Shown here: positions 50,385 to 60,419 of the stretch, piece after piece
Layout of the letters: every line of letters begins with the position of its first letter
How positions within the stretch are numbered: position 1 is the stretch's first letter
Source of the DNA: an uncultured Gemmatimonadota bacterium
GTDB lineage: Bacteria > JAAXHH01
Direction: 5' to 3'
Length of the DNA: 64,000 nucleotides
Assembly: GCA_951812955.1 (NCBI GenBank)
Contig: OX638340.1
Coordinates: forward strand, 800,001-864,000
Notes under the pieces: model-generated
Told to the model about the DNA's origin: nothing
What the model saw: only the letters and a program-made list of their open reading frames with translations
Databases searched by the model: none
Made by a program: the position numbers and the translations under genes

Positions 50385-52085
50385 GTGTCCCAAAAACACG
50401 CTTTGGAAATCTGTGGAAAATACCCTGAACGCGCAGAACGCATGGCCTTCCCAGGCAAGTTCCTTGGGCGGGTACATCTCGATGCGTGCCGGACCGGTTG
50501 CATGATTTGTCCGGGGCTGGGCCCGGAGCTCGGTCGCCCCTATTATGACGACCGCTGGGGCGACGATACCGACTGGATCGACGGCGAATCCGCCTGGACT
50601 CTGTTCAAAGCAAGCACGGCAGGTGACCTGGAAGTTATCGCAGCACTCCTCGACGAAGACCCGCGTCTCGTGAATGCGATGCACTGGTACACCCAGCCCG
50701 TACACCTGGCCGCCCGGCACGGGCACGCCGAAGCGACGGAGTTGCTTCTCGCTCGGAACGCCGACCCGGGGCTGGTTATTTTCGATTCGACCTGGTCAAG
50801 CCTGCTCGAGAACACACGATCCCGTGGGTTTGAGGACGTAGTGGAAGTGATTTCCGGTGCGATGCGAGATCGATTCGGCTACGATCCCGCGTTCATGGAG
50901 ATAGCCGGGCTGATTGAGAACAGCAACGTTGAAATGGTTAAAACGGCGCTGAATGACAATCCCGAACTCGTTGATCGATCCGACGCGGCAGGAAACAACG
51001 GTCTTCACCTCGGTGTGATAAATGGCCGTAAAAACCTGGTCGAACTGTTTCTCGAACGCGGTCTGCCCATAGATTCACGACGTGCTGACGGGAAAACACC
51101 GCTGACACTGTCTTTCGACACGGGTTTCGGACAACATCCACCGGACCCGAAACTGGGTATAACCGAGAATCTTTTGATGAATGGTGCGGATTACGCCATC
51201 ACGGCAGCCAGTTACCTGGGTGATCATGCCCGGGTTCGTTCGATCCTCGATGAGAATCCATCGGCTGCCGGCCGCGACGCGTCGATGAAGAGCCCCCTGG
51301 CGTACGCGGCTAGAGCGGGGCACGAAGATATTGCCCGGATGCTGCTTGACGCAGGAGTCGATGGCCATGTCGTGGACGAAGCGCTTTTTGAAGCTGTATG
51401 GTGTAAGCACGCGGGTGTTGCTGACCTGTTGCTGGAATACGGAGCCAACCCGAACGTGGAATTGGATTCTTGCGGATATGCCGCGGGTACCGATGAACAC
51501 GCGATACGGGATCTGCTCGTGCGTAATGGCGGGGTGACTCCACCATATTGGGAACTGGGTCAAAACGAACTCCGTCAGCTGGTGGATTGCAGAGCCGCAA
51601 GGGTCCGAGATCCCTACCTGATTGCGAATGTGCTCGAATCCGAGGACGAGAAACTGATCGACAGGTTACTGGATGGTGATCCACTTGCACTCGGCCGCCT
51701 GGAGGAACTTCAATACCTGCCGGGATGGGGTGACCATGCTGTGATTACGCGCAAACTGGTCGCGGCGGGGCTCGATCCGAACCGAAGGACATTCGAAGGC
51801 CAGACCTATCTTCACGTCTGTGCCAGGCAGGGCTGGGAGAAGACGGCTCAGGCATTAATCGAACAAGGTGCTGCGGTAAACGTACTGGATGAGAAGGAAG
51901 GCTGGACACCGCTGGCGATCGCGGTCAAAAACGGCCGGATCGGTATGGTTCGGCTGTTGTTGGAACGCGGCGCGGATCCCTACCTGGCCGATTGGCCATG
52001 GACTCGACCGCTAACGGTTGCAGAGGAGATTGATAACGAAGGAATTACAGAACTTTTACGTCTCTACAAAGGCAATACTGCATAA
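50385..52085 (+). CDS. ankyrin-repeat protein (566 aa)
   Basis: More than 10 ANK repeats (..QPVHLAARHGHAEATELLLARNADP..; ..TPLAIAVKNGRIGMVRLLLERGADP..). Confidence 0.85.
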   Translation: MSQKHALEICGKYPERAERMAFPGKFLGRVHLDACRTGCMICPGLGPELGRPYYDDRWGDDTDWIDGESAWTLFKASTAGDLEVIAALLDEDPRLVNAMHWYTQPVHLAARHGHAEATELLLARNADPGLVIFDSTWSSLLENTRSRGFEDVVEVISGAMRDRFGYDPAFMEIAGLIENSNVEMVKTALNDNPELVDRSDAAGNNGLHLGVINGRKNLVELFLERGLPIDSRRADGKTPLTLSFDTGFGQHPPDPKLGITENLLMNGADYAITAASYLGDHARVRSILDENPSAAGRDASMKSPLAYAARAGHEDIARMLLDAGVDGHVVDEALFEAVWCKHAGVADLLLEYGANPNVELDSCGYAAGTDEHAIRDLLVRNGGVTPPYWELGQNELRQLVDCRAARVRDPYLIANVLESEDEKLIDRLLDGDPLALGRLEELQYLPGWGDHAVITRKLVAAGLDPNRRTFEGQTYLHVCARQGWEKTAQALIEQGAAVNVLDEKEGWTPLAIAVKNGRIGMVRLLLERGADPYLADWPWTRPLTVAEEIDNEGITELLRLYKGNTA

Positions 52086-52093
52086 CAGCCAAT

Positions 52094-52972
52094 CTACCGC
52101 TCCTGTGACTTGAATTCGTTCCAGTAGTCACGGACCGTCGCTTCCACGCTCTCTGGATATTCGAACGACAATTGTACGGCCAGCGTGCGCCCCACGCGCG
52201 AAACCTCGTCCCGATGCAGTTCAATCGATTCCATCAGCTCCAACCGCGTACGCCCTGGCACTCCCAGGATATCCAACGGGCTATCGTAAAACCTCAATAT
52301 CGATCGGACCTGGGGCGTTAAGGAATGAATGCTTGGCCGCAATGCCCCTGTATCCTGCCCTATGGCATGAATCGTCCACAGACGCATGATTATCGTACGT
52401 TCGTTCTGCAATCCCAGGACAACCATGGGGTCCAGTCCGCGATAGAGAATCTTGCAATGTTTGTTACTCCGAAGCCAGAAATCTATGATCACCTGTCGTA
52501 CCTGCGCAGGATCGGGATCTATAAACGGCGATTCGGGTGATGCGTGTACCGGCTCCGTGAGCGATCTGGCAAGCGCCGGATCCCGACATCCCAGGACAAC
52601 GCAGGCTTCGCCGGGGGAAACCCCTTGAACCTCCTGTATACCAAGGTCGTACATGTCGCCGGTGTCCAGCAGAAGATGAAGCAGCATACTTTCCTCGTTC
52701 TGGAATAGTTGTTGGTGTGCGACACATCTGCCCTCGAAAAGTGCCGTCAAATCGGGCGTTTCCCATTCCTTGAGCCGCGTGGCGGGAACCGCCAGTCGCA
52801 GATCCACGTCGCTATACAGATCCGCGTCGCTATACAGATCCGCGTTTCCCTGTCCGAAACTTCCTTCAACCCAGATCGCCCGTACCTCTTCGTTGCGCCA
52901 CAGGTTCGATGCGATTCGCTTCAGTGTCTTAGTCTGAGGTAGATCGGGGAGGGATGAAAAATCCAGCTCCAT
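52094..52972 (-). CDS. nucleotidyltransferase-fold protein, ANT(6)/AadK-like (aminoglycoside nucleotidyltransferase family)
   Basis: IWVEGSFGQGNADLYSDADLYSDVDL matches the ANT(6) VTLEGSRAN...SDYDI motif; the core contains an in-frame 18-bp tandem duplication. RBS AGGAG before ATG 52972. Confidence 0.5.
   Translation of the reverse strand: MELDFSSLPDLPQTKTLKRIASNLWRNEEVRAIWVEGSFGQGNADLYSDADLYSDVDLRLAVPATRLKEWETPDLTALFEGRCVAHQQLFQNEESMLLHLLLDTGDMYDLGIQEVQGVSPGEACVVLGCRDPALARSLTEPVHASPESPFIDPDPAQVRQVIIDFWLRSNKHCKILYRGLDPMVVLGLQNERTIIMRLWTIHAIGQDTGALRPSIHSLTPQVRSILRFYDSPLDILGVPGRTRLELMESIELHRDEVSRVGRTLAVQLSFEYPESVEATVRDYWNEFKSQER
52802..52844. repeat. about 2.4 copies of an 18-bp in-frame tandem repeat (ATCC[A/G]CGTCGCTATACAG) inside the NTase catalytic loop
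   Basis: Read directly; it encodes ADLYSD-ADLYSD-VDL. Confidence 0.55.
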
Positions 52973-53145
52973 GATAGACTCCTGTTTTGGATTTCGACTC
53001 AGGATATAAACCGCGCGGAACACATCCGTGTATTTGGGCTAAATGAAAATTCGAGTGTCATTCCCAAAAATGAATTGATTTTAGTCTCTACTGTAATCCT
53101 ATTGGAGCCAGTATACAAACACGATGAAACAAGCTGAGAACAAGC

Positions 53146-54372
53146 ATGATGAACGCCACCATCAGACAATTGCCCGATCAGCCGAATCTGCGACTACTCG
53201 AAAACGAGGCATCTGAACTGCTCGAGAATGGCTCCTGCACTACACAGGCCGAGGCACGTTTCAAACTAGCGCACCTGTACGGTTTTAAGAGTTGGCCGAA
53301 ACTGGAAGCCTACGTATCATCCATCGGATCCATGGGAGAACTCGAACAGGCAATCCAGGACGACGACGTCGATAGAGTGAAGCGGATATTGGACGAGGAC
53401 CCGGGGCTGATTCACCGTGAAGGGCACTGGGTCAAACGCCGCAGGCACAACGGCTACCTGCCGCTCGCATACGCTGCGTTTTTCGGTAAGGTAAACGTGC
53501 TGGCGGCACTGGTCGAGGCCGGTTCGAATGTACGCGCTGGGGAGGACAAGGCGTTACGAGCCGCGGCGTGTTTCGACAAAAACCTCCCCGCGGTCGAATT
53601 ACTGATCCGCCATGGAGCAGACCCAAACGCATCGACTACATCGCCTTCCGGTGTCCCGTACCGGGTGATCGATTATCCATGCATGACGTTGGCGCCCAAG
53701 ATGTTAGCCCACCTGGTTGAGAAGGGCGGTATTTTGAAGCCGGCCAATGCCGGGATGGTACTCGCGACGAATGAACGCAGACCCCGGGAGAAAGCCGCCT
53801 GCCTTCGCGTGATGGAACATGCGGGTATCCCGTTTCCGGATTCCCCTCCGATGGCCCTTCATCTCAGGGACTCGAACCGTCTGGAATCGCATCTGCTCAG
53901 GGATCCCGGATTGCTCTCGAGGTCGTTCAGCGAAGAAGACATCTTCCCAACGGGTTTCGAAATCAAGCGTCCTACGCCCTACGCTTACGCAACACCGCTG
54001 ACCGGTGGGGTCTCCCTGCTTCACATGGCTGTCGAGTTGTGTGACGTGGAACTGGCGCGGTGGCTCATCGAGCATGGCGCCGACGTTAATGCCGCCGCGG
54101 GGACAGACGACGAGGGATACGGCGGATGGACGCCCCTGTTCCACGCCATGGTCACGCTGCGCGTCCCACGTGGTTTTGCCGAAATCGTCGATCTGCTCCT
54201 GGATCATGGCGCCGACCCGGAAGTGCGAGCGTCCCTGCGTAAACCGACTCCAGAGGGTGGAGAAGCCACCTGGCGCGACGTTACGGCGGCCGATTACGCC
54301 CGAAGATTCATCTACACGGATTTAGTCAATCACGACGCGCTGCAGCGGGTCATGGTGGCCGGTGCGAAATAG
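53146..54372 (+). CDS. ankyrin-repeat protein
   Basis: ANK repeats (..LPLAYAAFFGKVNVLAALVEAGSNV..; ..SLLHMAVELCDVELARWLIEHGADVN..). Confidence 0.85.
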   Translation: MMNATIRQLPDQPNLRLLENEASELLENGSCTTQAEARFKLAHLYGFKSWPKLEAYVSSIGSMGELEQAIQDDDVDRVKRILDEDPGLIHREGHWVKRRRHNGYLPLAYAAFFGKVNVLAALVEAGSNVRAGEDKALRAAACFDKNLPAVELLIRHGADPNASTTSPSGVPYRVIDYPCMTLAPKMLAHLVEKGGILKPANAGMVLATNERRPREKAACLRVMEHAGIPFPDSPPMALHLRDSNRLESHLLRDPGLLSRSFSEEDIFPTGFEIKRPTPYAYATPLTGGVSLLHMAVELCDVELARWLIEHGADVNAAAGTDDEGYGGWTPLFHAMVTLRVPRGFAEIVDLLLDHGADPEVRASLRKPTPEGGEATWRDVTAADYARRFIYTDLVNHDALQRVMVAGAK

Positions 54373-54400
54373 GGCGGGAAGCGGCGTTTGAAACATACGC

Positions 54401-56284
54401 ATGGACCCCGCCATGACTCCGAAAACGCCTTCTACCAGTCTACAGGTTGGTACCGTGTCCGATCACGATTATGCCCCCTCGAAGAACTGGCCCTACCCGG
54501 TCACAAAGTCACAAATCATGGACGAGGTCCGGAAACTGTCATTGGCCATCCAGGACGGTCGTGCCGAAGCCATGGCAGAAAAAAACAGGTATGGAAGTTC
54601 AGCTGATCCGTCATCGTTCTCCCCGGACGACGCACGGAACGTACTCGCCCTAAGTTACGGATTCCCGGGCTGGACACAGGTAGAACGGTACTTCGATACG
54701 GTAGACAGGTATTCGCGCGACCCTAACATGGAACCCACGCCAACCAATTCGGATGACGCGTCTTCGCTCGCCGATGTTTTCCTTCGTCTTGCCTGCCTGA
54801 CGCAGGGCGTCCAGGACCACCCGTCTCGGTGGGCAAGGGCCAGGGCCTTGCTCGATGACCATCCGAAACTATCCCGGTTGAATATCTACACCGCTTCGGT
54901 CGCCGGCGACGTTTCAGCCGTGGGCGAATACCTGGAAGCGGATTCTGAACTGGCTACGACGCCTGGCGGCCCCCATGACTGGGAGCCCCTGCTATACCTG
55001 GCGTATTCCCGTCTGGACCGCGAGACCTCGGGGCATTCCGCCGTCGAAATCACCCGGTTGCTCCTCTCCCATGGCGCCGACCCGAACGCGGGCTACCTCT
55101 GGGCGGGTTTCCCCTGCCCTTACACCGTACTGACCGGAGTCTTCGGCGAGGGTGAGAACGGTCCGGTCAGGTGTCCTCCACACCCTAACTGCTGCAAACT
55201 GGCGGAAATCCTGTTGGAGGCCGGGGCCGATCCCAACGACGCCCAGACACTATACAACAGGATGTTCAGCCGCGACGACGAACACCTTCGGTTCCTGTTC
55301 ACGCACGGCCTGGGGAAGGACCGGGACCGGCCCTGGCACCGGTTGTTGGGCGAACAATCCCGCGGCTGGGTGAGCAGTCCCGCGAGCATACTGGCCTACC
55401 AGCTTCAGTGGGCAGCCCGATGGAACTACCTGGATCGCGTCAAGTTACTGGTCGAAAACGGCGCCGACGTAAACAGGCCCTCCAACCGGCCCGATGCGCG
55501 ATCACCTTACCGCGAGGCCGTGTTCCACGGAAACGAGTCCATCGCCGAATACCTGGCAATCTGCGGCGCGGAGACGTTTGTGCTGGACGACCTGGACCGT
55601 TTCGCCGGCGCGTGCATCAGTGGAGACCTGGGTCGTGCCCGCGCGATGCTCGCACGCGATCCGTCACTCGTTGAAAAACTTGGAGAACGCGGGAACACGC
55701 TCATGGAGAACGCCGTTGGGTCGGACAACCGGGACGCGGTCCGGCTGATGTTCGAACTGGGCTTCGACTTGAAGAAATCCGGTATGCAAGAAGCGGCCCG
55801 TTATGGCCACCTGGACATGATCAAACTGCTGGTCGAGCTTGGGACTGATGTTTCCCAAACGGACGCGGGCCACGAGATCTGTGCCCTGGGCTATGCCAGC
55901 CATTACCAGCAAAATAACGTGATCGACTACCTGGCGCAGTTCGCCGGGATACACAGAGCAGTGCAGTCGGACTTGTTGGAACGGGTCGGGGAACTGCTTG
56001 ACGAAGATCCCGGTCTCGTACACGCTCGAGATACCAGCGGCAACTCGCCGCTGCACTGTCTCGACGTGGACAACAGGATGGAAGATACGGAGGAGATACT
56101 CCGTCTGCTCGTAACGCACGGAGCCGATGTCAATGCCAGAAACAAGGAAGGCCTGACACCGCTCGACAGGCTGGAGCTTCTTTCCGGTTTCAGTCGAAGA
56201 GACGGTTTGGCGGAACTGTTGCGCGGGTACGGGGCCGTGGAGTCAGACGCCGCCGACGGGTCAAAGAACCGTCCGGAGTCGTGA
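54401..56284 (+). CDS. ankyrin-repeat protein (627 aa)
   Basis: Many ANK repeats (..EAARYGHLDMIKLLVELGTDV..; ..SPLHCLDVDNRMEDTEEILRLLVTHGADVN..). Confidence 0.85.
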   Translation: MDPAMTPKTPSTSLQVGTVSDHDYAPSKNWPYPVTKSQIMDEVRKLSLAIQDGRAEAMAEKNRYGSSADPSSFSPDDARNVLALSYGFPGWTQVERYFDTVDRYSRDPNMEPTPTNSDDASSLADVFLRLACLTQGVQDHPSRWARARALLDDHPKLSRLNIYTASVAGDVSAVGEYLEADSELATTPGGPHDWEPLLYLAYSRLDRETSGHSAVEITRLLLSHGADPNAGYLWAGFPCPYTVLTGVFGEGENGPVRCPPHPNCCKLAEILLEAGADPNDAQTLYNRMFSRDDEHLRFLFTHGLGKDRDRPWHRLLGEQSRGWVSSPASILAYQLQWAARWNYLDRVKLLVENGADVNRPSNRPDARSPYREAVFHGNESIAEYLAICGAETFVLDDLDRFAGACISGDLGRARAMLARDPSLVEKLGERGNTLMENAVGSDNRDAVRLMFELGFDLKKSGMQEAARYGHLDMIKLLVELGTDVSQTDAGHEICALGYASHYQQNNVIDYLAQFAGIHRAVQSDLLERVGELLDEDPGLVHARDTSGNSPLHCLDVDNRMEDTEEILRLLVTHGADVNARNKEGLTPLDRLELLSGFSRRDGLAELLRGYGAVESDAADGSKNRPES

Positions 56285-56307
56285 GCCGGCACCCGCCGCC
56301 GCGTGGA

Positions 56308-56634
56308 TCACTTTCCCCATTTCGAAACGACCAGCCCCGCTAGCAGTCCGACGACGATCCCCGGCCCTACGATCTCCGCGTAGGATCCCGTGGGGACGGC
56401 CGCCAGCAGAGAAAGCGCCGCGCCGATCGCACCGCCGGCCATCACGTTCTTGCCGACCCCCTCGACCCTGCACGCGATAACGCCGACCAGCAGCCCGGTG
56501 ACCAGCCCCTTCACCGTTCCCGCTACGATGATCATGGTCATCATACCCTGGGCTTCAGGAACCAGAAACGCGGACAACCCGTCAAGCAGGCCGAGCGCGG
56601 CGCCGGCGATCAATCCCAATGGTACGCGATTCAT
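56308..56634 (-). CDS. small Gly/Ala-rich integral membrane protein (hypothetical)
   Basis: 108 aa, three hydrophobic helices; ATGA overlap with the upstream PhnB-like gene. Confidence 0.4.
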   Translation of the reverse strand: MNRVPLGLIAGAALGLLDGLSAFLVPEAQGMMTMIIVAGTVKGLVTGLLVGVIACRVEGVGKNVMAGGAIGAALSLLAAVPTGSYAEIVGPGIVVGLLAGLVVSKWGK

Positions 56635-57056
56635 GATGGCTGGTCCGGTGTATTCAGGTGGCAGTTGAACATCCAGTTTATACCGAATTTGTCCGTAATC
56701 ATCCCAAAACGAGAGCCCCAGAACGTATCCTGCAGCGGCATGGTCACCTCGCCGCCGGCCGACATGGCATCGAACACCTGCTCCAGTTCATCCACGCCCG
56801 CGAAGTCGATCGACAACGAGATGTTGGTATCCTCAGAGACCGTATCAATGTGGTCGGAACCCATGATCGCGTTGTCACCGAACCTGATGGACATGTGCAT
56901 GGCCTTGCCCACCATGTGGTCGGGGATTTCCATGCCGATGTCCTGGTCCTTGCTGTAGTAACTGATGTTCTCGACGGTACCGCCCAGACATTCCCGGTAA
57001 AATCCGAGCGCTTCCTCACATTGGCCGTTGAACGCCAGGTAGGGAACCAGCTTCAT
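56631..57056 (-). CDS. PhnB/YjdN-like VOC-family protein
   Basis: MKLVPYLAFNGQCEEALGFYRECLGG...DTFWGSRFGMITDKFGINWMF is the classic PhnB-like pattern. Confidence 0.75.
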   Translation of the reverse strand: MKLVPYLAFNGQCEEALGFYRECLGGTVENISYYSKDQDIGMEIPDHMVGKAMHMSIRFGDNAIMGSDHIDTVSEDTNISLSIDFAGVDELEQVFDAMSAGGEVTMPLQDTFWGSRFGMITDKFGINWMFNCHLNTPDQPS

Positions 57057-57087
57057 GATACGACCTCCTCGATTTGCTCGTTACCGG

Positions 57088-57106
57088 ATCGGTAACGAAT
57101 CTGCTC
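57088..57106. promoter_or_regulatory. inverted repeat CGTTACCG-GATC-GGTAACG between the AraC regulator stop and the PhnB-like gene start
   Basis: Perfect 8-bp arms, read directly; about 30 nt upstream of the PhnB-like start codon. Candidate operator or hairpin. Confidence 0.35.
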
Positions 57107-57177
57107 ACTATGAACTGCAATCATACCCCAAGATACAATACAGCAGGGTTGAAAATTGTAAAAAAGCGACAACCACC

Positions 57178-58020
57178 TTACATGTCCGCGAATTTCACGT
57201 TGTTTTTGGCAAAGAAAGCCTTCGGCGTGAACCCGGAAAACGCCGTGAACTCCCTGATAAAATGAGCCTGGTCGAAATACCCGCATTCGTAGGCCAGTTG
57301 CGTCAGCGTCTTTCCCCGATACCCATCCAGATGATGGCAGATATTCAGGAACCTGCTGGTGCGGGCGAAGGTCTTCGGCGTCGTGCCGACCGTAGCCGCA
57401 AACTTCCTTTCCAATTGCTTTTTTGAAAGACCGACGCGCTGACCGACTTCTTCGATGGATAACTGCCCTCCGGCGGATCGAATGAGCTTTACCGCTTTAT
57501 CGAGGGCGGAATCGTTCGTGCGATACTCCGTCAGACGATCCAGCAGGAACTGTTGCACGACTTGGGCGAAATCCGTACCGCCCGCGGCCTTGCAGAGTTT
57601 CTCCATCAAGTCCTTATGATACGACGACCAGAGTGTCTCGGTGTCTACCGCATCGTCCAGAAAACTGCTGACCGGTTTGTCGAAAAAGTGATAGGCGCCC
57701 CACGGAAAGAAGCGTACCGAGACGAAGCCGGTCCGGCCGTTGGACTCGATTTCTATGCACCTGCGCATCTGGGAAATAGCGAAACTCTTCGGCTGGATCC
57801 TAAATTCCCTGCCCGCTACAGTTGTTATCCAGGGATCGCCGTAGTGAAAGACGACCTCCACGATACCGTCTGGTACGATGAGAGACTTTGGCGCGTGGTC
57901 ATCCTCGTGCTCGGATTCCATCATCCACACGAGCTGGACATAGGGAGCCAGGCCGGCGTGCGTTTTAAATTCGCGATATATCATGACGTGTACGAATTCT
58001 CCCGGTTTCGTGACCGTCAT
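57178..58020 (-). CDS. AraC-family transcriptional regulator
   Basis: C-terminal double HTH: LSIEEVGQRVGLSKKQLERKFAATVGTTPKTFARTSRFLNICHHL...LAYECGYFDQAHFIREFTAFSGFTP. Start possibly at MIYRE (57984). Confidence 0.8.
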   Translation of the reverse strand: MTVTKPGEFVHVMIYREFKTHAGLAPYVQLVWMMESEHEDDHAPKSLIVPDGIVEVVFHYGDPWITTVAGREFRIQPKSFAISQMRRCIEIESNGRTGFVSVRFFPWGAYHFFDKPVSSFLDDAVDTETLWSSYHKDLMEKLCKAAGGTDFAQVVQQFLLDRLTEYRTNDSALDKAVKLIRSAGGQLSIEEVGQRVGLSKKQLERKFAATVGTTPKTFARTSRFLNICHHLDGYRGKTLTQLAYECGYFDQAHFIREFTAFSGFTPKAFFAKNNVKFADM

Positions 58021-58170
58021 TCGGTGTCATGCGCGACTCGCCGGGCCGGCGATGCCCGGAATGACGGATTAAGTAACCGGCAAAAAGCGACCGCGTCAAG
58101 CCAGAGCGTGTGCTCTACAGGTACAAGCCGGACTGAAGAAGCCTGACCGTCGTTCCGCCGACCGCTTTCT

Positions 58171-58199
58171 CTTGACGCATCCCTGGAGCGCCTGTATTT
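58171..58199 (+). promoter_or_regulatory. sigma70-like promoter upstream of the ankyrin gene 58354
   Basis: TTGACG, 17 nt spacer, TATTTT. Confidence 0.4.
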
Positions 58200-58353
58200 T
58201 GCCGATATCGGCGTGTGCAGGACGCCGCCCGTCCGCGGAAAGAACATAAGTTCACCTGTGTCGGTTCCCAATCTATCGTGGCAACCTTCTTCCTGCCCGT
58301 CCGGCGGACGCACGGGTGCTTCGGCGGTCTCATGATCGCTTGAAGGAGGTTCC

Positions 58354-59874
58354 ATGCCGTCCCTGCCTTCACAACCCGATATACGCCATCTCAGTCTGCA
58401 GGCGAAAACGCTTCTGAAGTCCGCGCGCAGCGGCGAAGAGCATGCCGTAGACAGAATCCGCTCGGCCATCGGAGTGCGACGCGAACGCCTCGTGCTGTCG
58501 GACGCCTACCATGCCATCGCCAGGGAATACGGGTTCAGGTCCTGGCCCCATCTCAAGATACACATCGAAATCGTCGCTAGAAACCTGGACGAACAGCGCG
58601 AGATGTTTCTGTCATCGGCATGGCTGTGGGGCGATCGGCAGAGAGCCGAGGCCCTGCTCGCTACCGCTCCGGAACTCTCCAAGGGAAACATCCATGCCGC
58701 CTGCGCCGCCGGGGACGTGGATGCCGTCGCAGGTATCCTGGAGGCCGACCCCGCTTCGGCCACGACGAAGGGCGGTCCGAGAGACTGGCCCCCGATACTC
58801 TACGCGACGTGGTCCTGCTTTCTTTCCGAACGTGCCGACGCCATGGTCCGAGTCCTGGAATTGCTGCTGCGGCACGGCGCCGACCCGGACAGCTACTGGG
58901 TGAACGAGTCGGACTGGAAAGAGTCGGCCCTTTACGGATGCGTTGAAAACAACTGCGTACCGGCGGCCAGGGTGCTGGTGGACGCGGGCGCCAACCCAAA
59001 TGACAACGAATCCCTCTACCACGCCTGTGAGAAATTCAACCTGGAACTGCTCGACACGGTCGCGGCGAACGGACTGGACGCGGAAGGCGTCTCCTATTGC
59101 ATCAAGCATGCCATGGACATGACATGGACCGAGGCCGTCATGTGGTTTCTCGACCAGGGCGCCGATCCCAACGCCATCCATCCCGCCGACCGGGAGACCT
59201 CCCTTCACTGGGCGGTAAAGAGAAACTGCACAGCAGACGTGATCAGTGCGCTCCTGGACGCCGGAGCGGACCCCAACGCACGCACGTCGACCGGGAAGAG
59301 TACGGCCCTCGGGATCGTCGGCTGGACGCCCCTCGATTTCGCCTTCCGGCTCGGTCGCGGGGAGGTCGCCGCGCTCCTACAGCGGAATAGCGCCGAACCG
59401 TCCCCCATGTCCGAATACGACCGCTTCGTAGTCGCGTGCGCCAATACGGACCTCGATATCGTGGAGCAACTGAAAGACCGTCACCTGGCCAACTTGACTG
59501 ACGACGACCGGACCCTCATCAGCCACGCGGCCCAGATGGACAACTGGGCGGCGGTCCGTCTCATGGCGGACCTGGGCTGGCCGGTAGACGCCCGGGGCTG
59601 GATGGATGCCACGCCCCTCTACTGGGCCCTGTGCAAAGGCCATGCCGAAATGGTCGATTTCCTGCTTCGGCGGGGTGTCTCCATCGAACCCATCGGCGGA
59701 TACTTCCAGGATCCGGTCCATGCCGTGATTCATTGCCAGTGGAATGGGGACAAAAGCGGGTACCCGGTCGCGCTCGGTCGACTGCTCGACCATGGCCTCG
59801 GCGTTCCGGAAGGACGCTATCCATGCGGCAATGTCGCGATGGACGAGGTGCTGTCGCGCTACGTCGAAAACTGA
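58354..59874 (+). CDS. ankyrin-repeat protein (506 aa)
   Basis: ANK repeats (..TSLHWAVKRNCTADVISALLDAGADPN..; ..TPLYWALCKGHAEMVDFLLRRGVS..); RBS GAAGGAGG. Confidence 0.85.
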   Translation: MPSLPSQPDIRHLSLQAKTLLKSARSGEEHAVDRIRSAIGVRRERLVLSDAYHAIAREYGFRSWPHLKIHIEIVARNLDEQREMFLSSAWLWGDRQRAEALLATAPELSKGNIHAACAAGDVDAVAGILEADPASATTKGGPRDWPPILYATWSCFLSERADAMVRVLELLLRHGADPDSYWVNESDWKESALYGCVENNCVPAARVLVDAGANPNDNESLYHACEKFNLELLDTVAANGLDAEGVSYCIKHAMDMTWTEAVMWFLDQGADPNAIHPADRETSLHWAVKRNCTADVISALLDAGADPNARTSTGKSTALGIVGWTPLDFAFRLGRGEVAALLQRNSAEPSPMSEYDRFVVACANTDLDIVEQLKDRHLANLTDDDRTLISHAAQMDNWAAVRLMADLGWPVDARGWMDATPLYWALCKGHAEMVDFLLRRGVSIEPIGGYFQDPVHAVIHCQWNGDKSGYPVALGRLLDHGLGVPEGRYPCGNVAMDEVLSRYVEN

Positions 59875-60006
59875 GGCTGAATTCGGAGGAAGAGGACTGA
59901 GGCGGAGTCCGGCGGAACGCCGAACGGCCTGCTCGGTTTCCCGCTCGGAAGCATGGCTACACTATCCTGAATCATGGCTTCGATAACGGGAAAGGCCACG
60001 GCCACC

Positions 60007-60035
60007 TTGACAAACAAAGGGCGGGCCGGTATATA
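60007..60035 (+). promoter_or_regulatory. near-consensus sigma70 promoter for the yggX-radical SAM operon
   Basis: TTGACA (60007-12), exactly 17 nt, then TATATA (60030-35); about 75 nt upstream of yggX. Confidence 0.5.
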
Positions 60036-60110
60036 GCCTGTGTTTCATCGCACCCGATGCCAACCGGCATATGATCAACCAAGATGACGCCCGTTTCGAG
60101 GAGGCACTGC

Positions 60111-60386
60111 ATGGCCCGCATGGTCCAATGCGTAAAGCTCAACAAAGAACTCGAAGGTCTCGAATTCGTACCATTCCCCAACGAGCTTGGCCAGCGCATC
60201 TACGACAACATTTCCAAAGAGGCCTGGCAGATGTGGATCCACCATTCGGTCATGGTCATCAACGAGTACCGCCTGAATCTCGCCACGACCGAAAGCCAGG
60301 AAATCTACGACCGGCACCTGGAGGAGTTCCTTTTCGGTGAAGGCGCCGAAATGCCGCCGGGATACCGCCCTCCCCAGACGAAATGA
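60111..60386 (+). CDS. yggX: Fe(II)-trafficking / oxidative-damage protection protein YggX
   Basis: MARMVQCVKLNKELEGLEFVPFPNELGQRIYDNISKEAWQMW...FLFGEG aligns along its length with E. coli YggX (91 aa). RBS GAGGAGG 6 nt before ATG 60111. Confidence 0.8.
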   Translation: MARMVQCVKLNKELEGLEFVPFPNELGQRIYDNISKEAWQMWIHHSVMVINEYRLNLATTESQEIYDRHLEEFLFGEGAEMPPGYRPPQTK

Positions 60387-60419
60387 CCCACATCGCCTGC
60401 ACTGCCACATGGTTCGATC

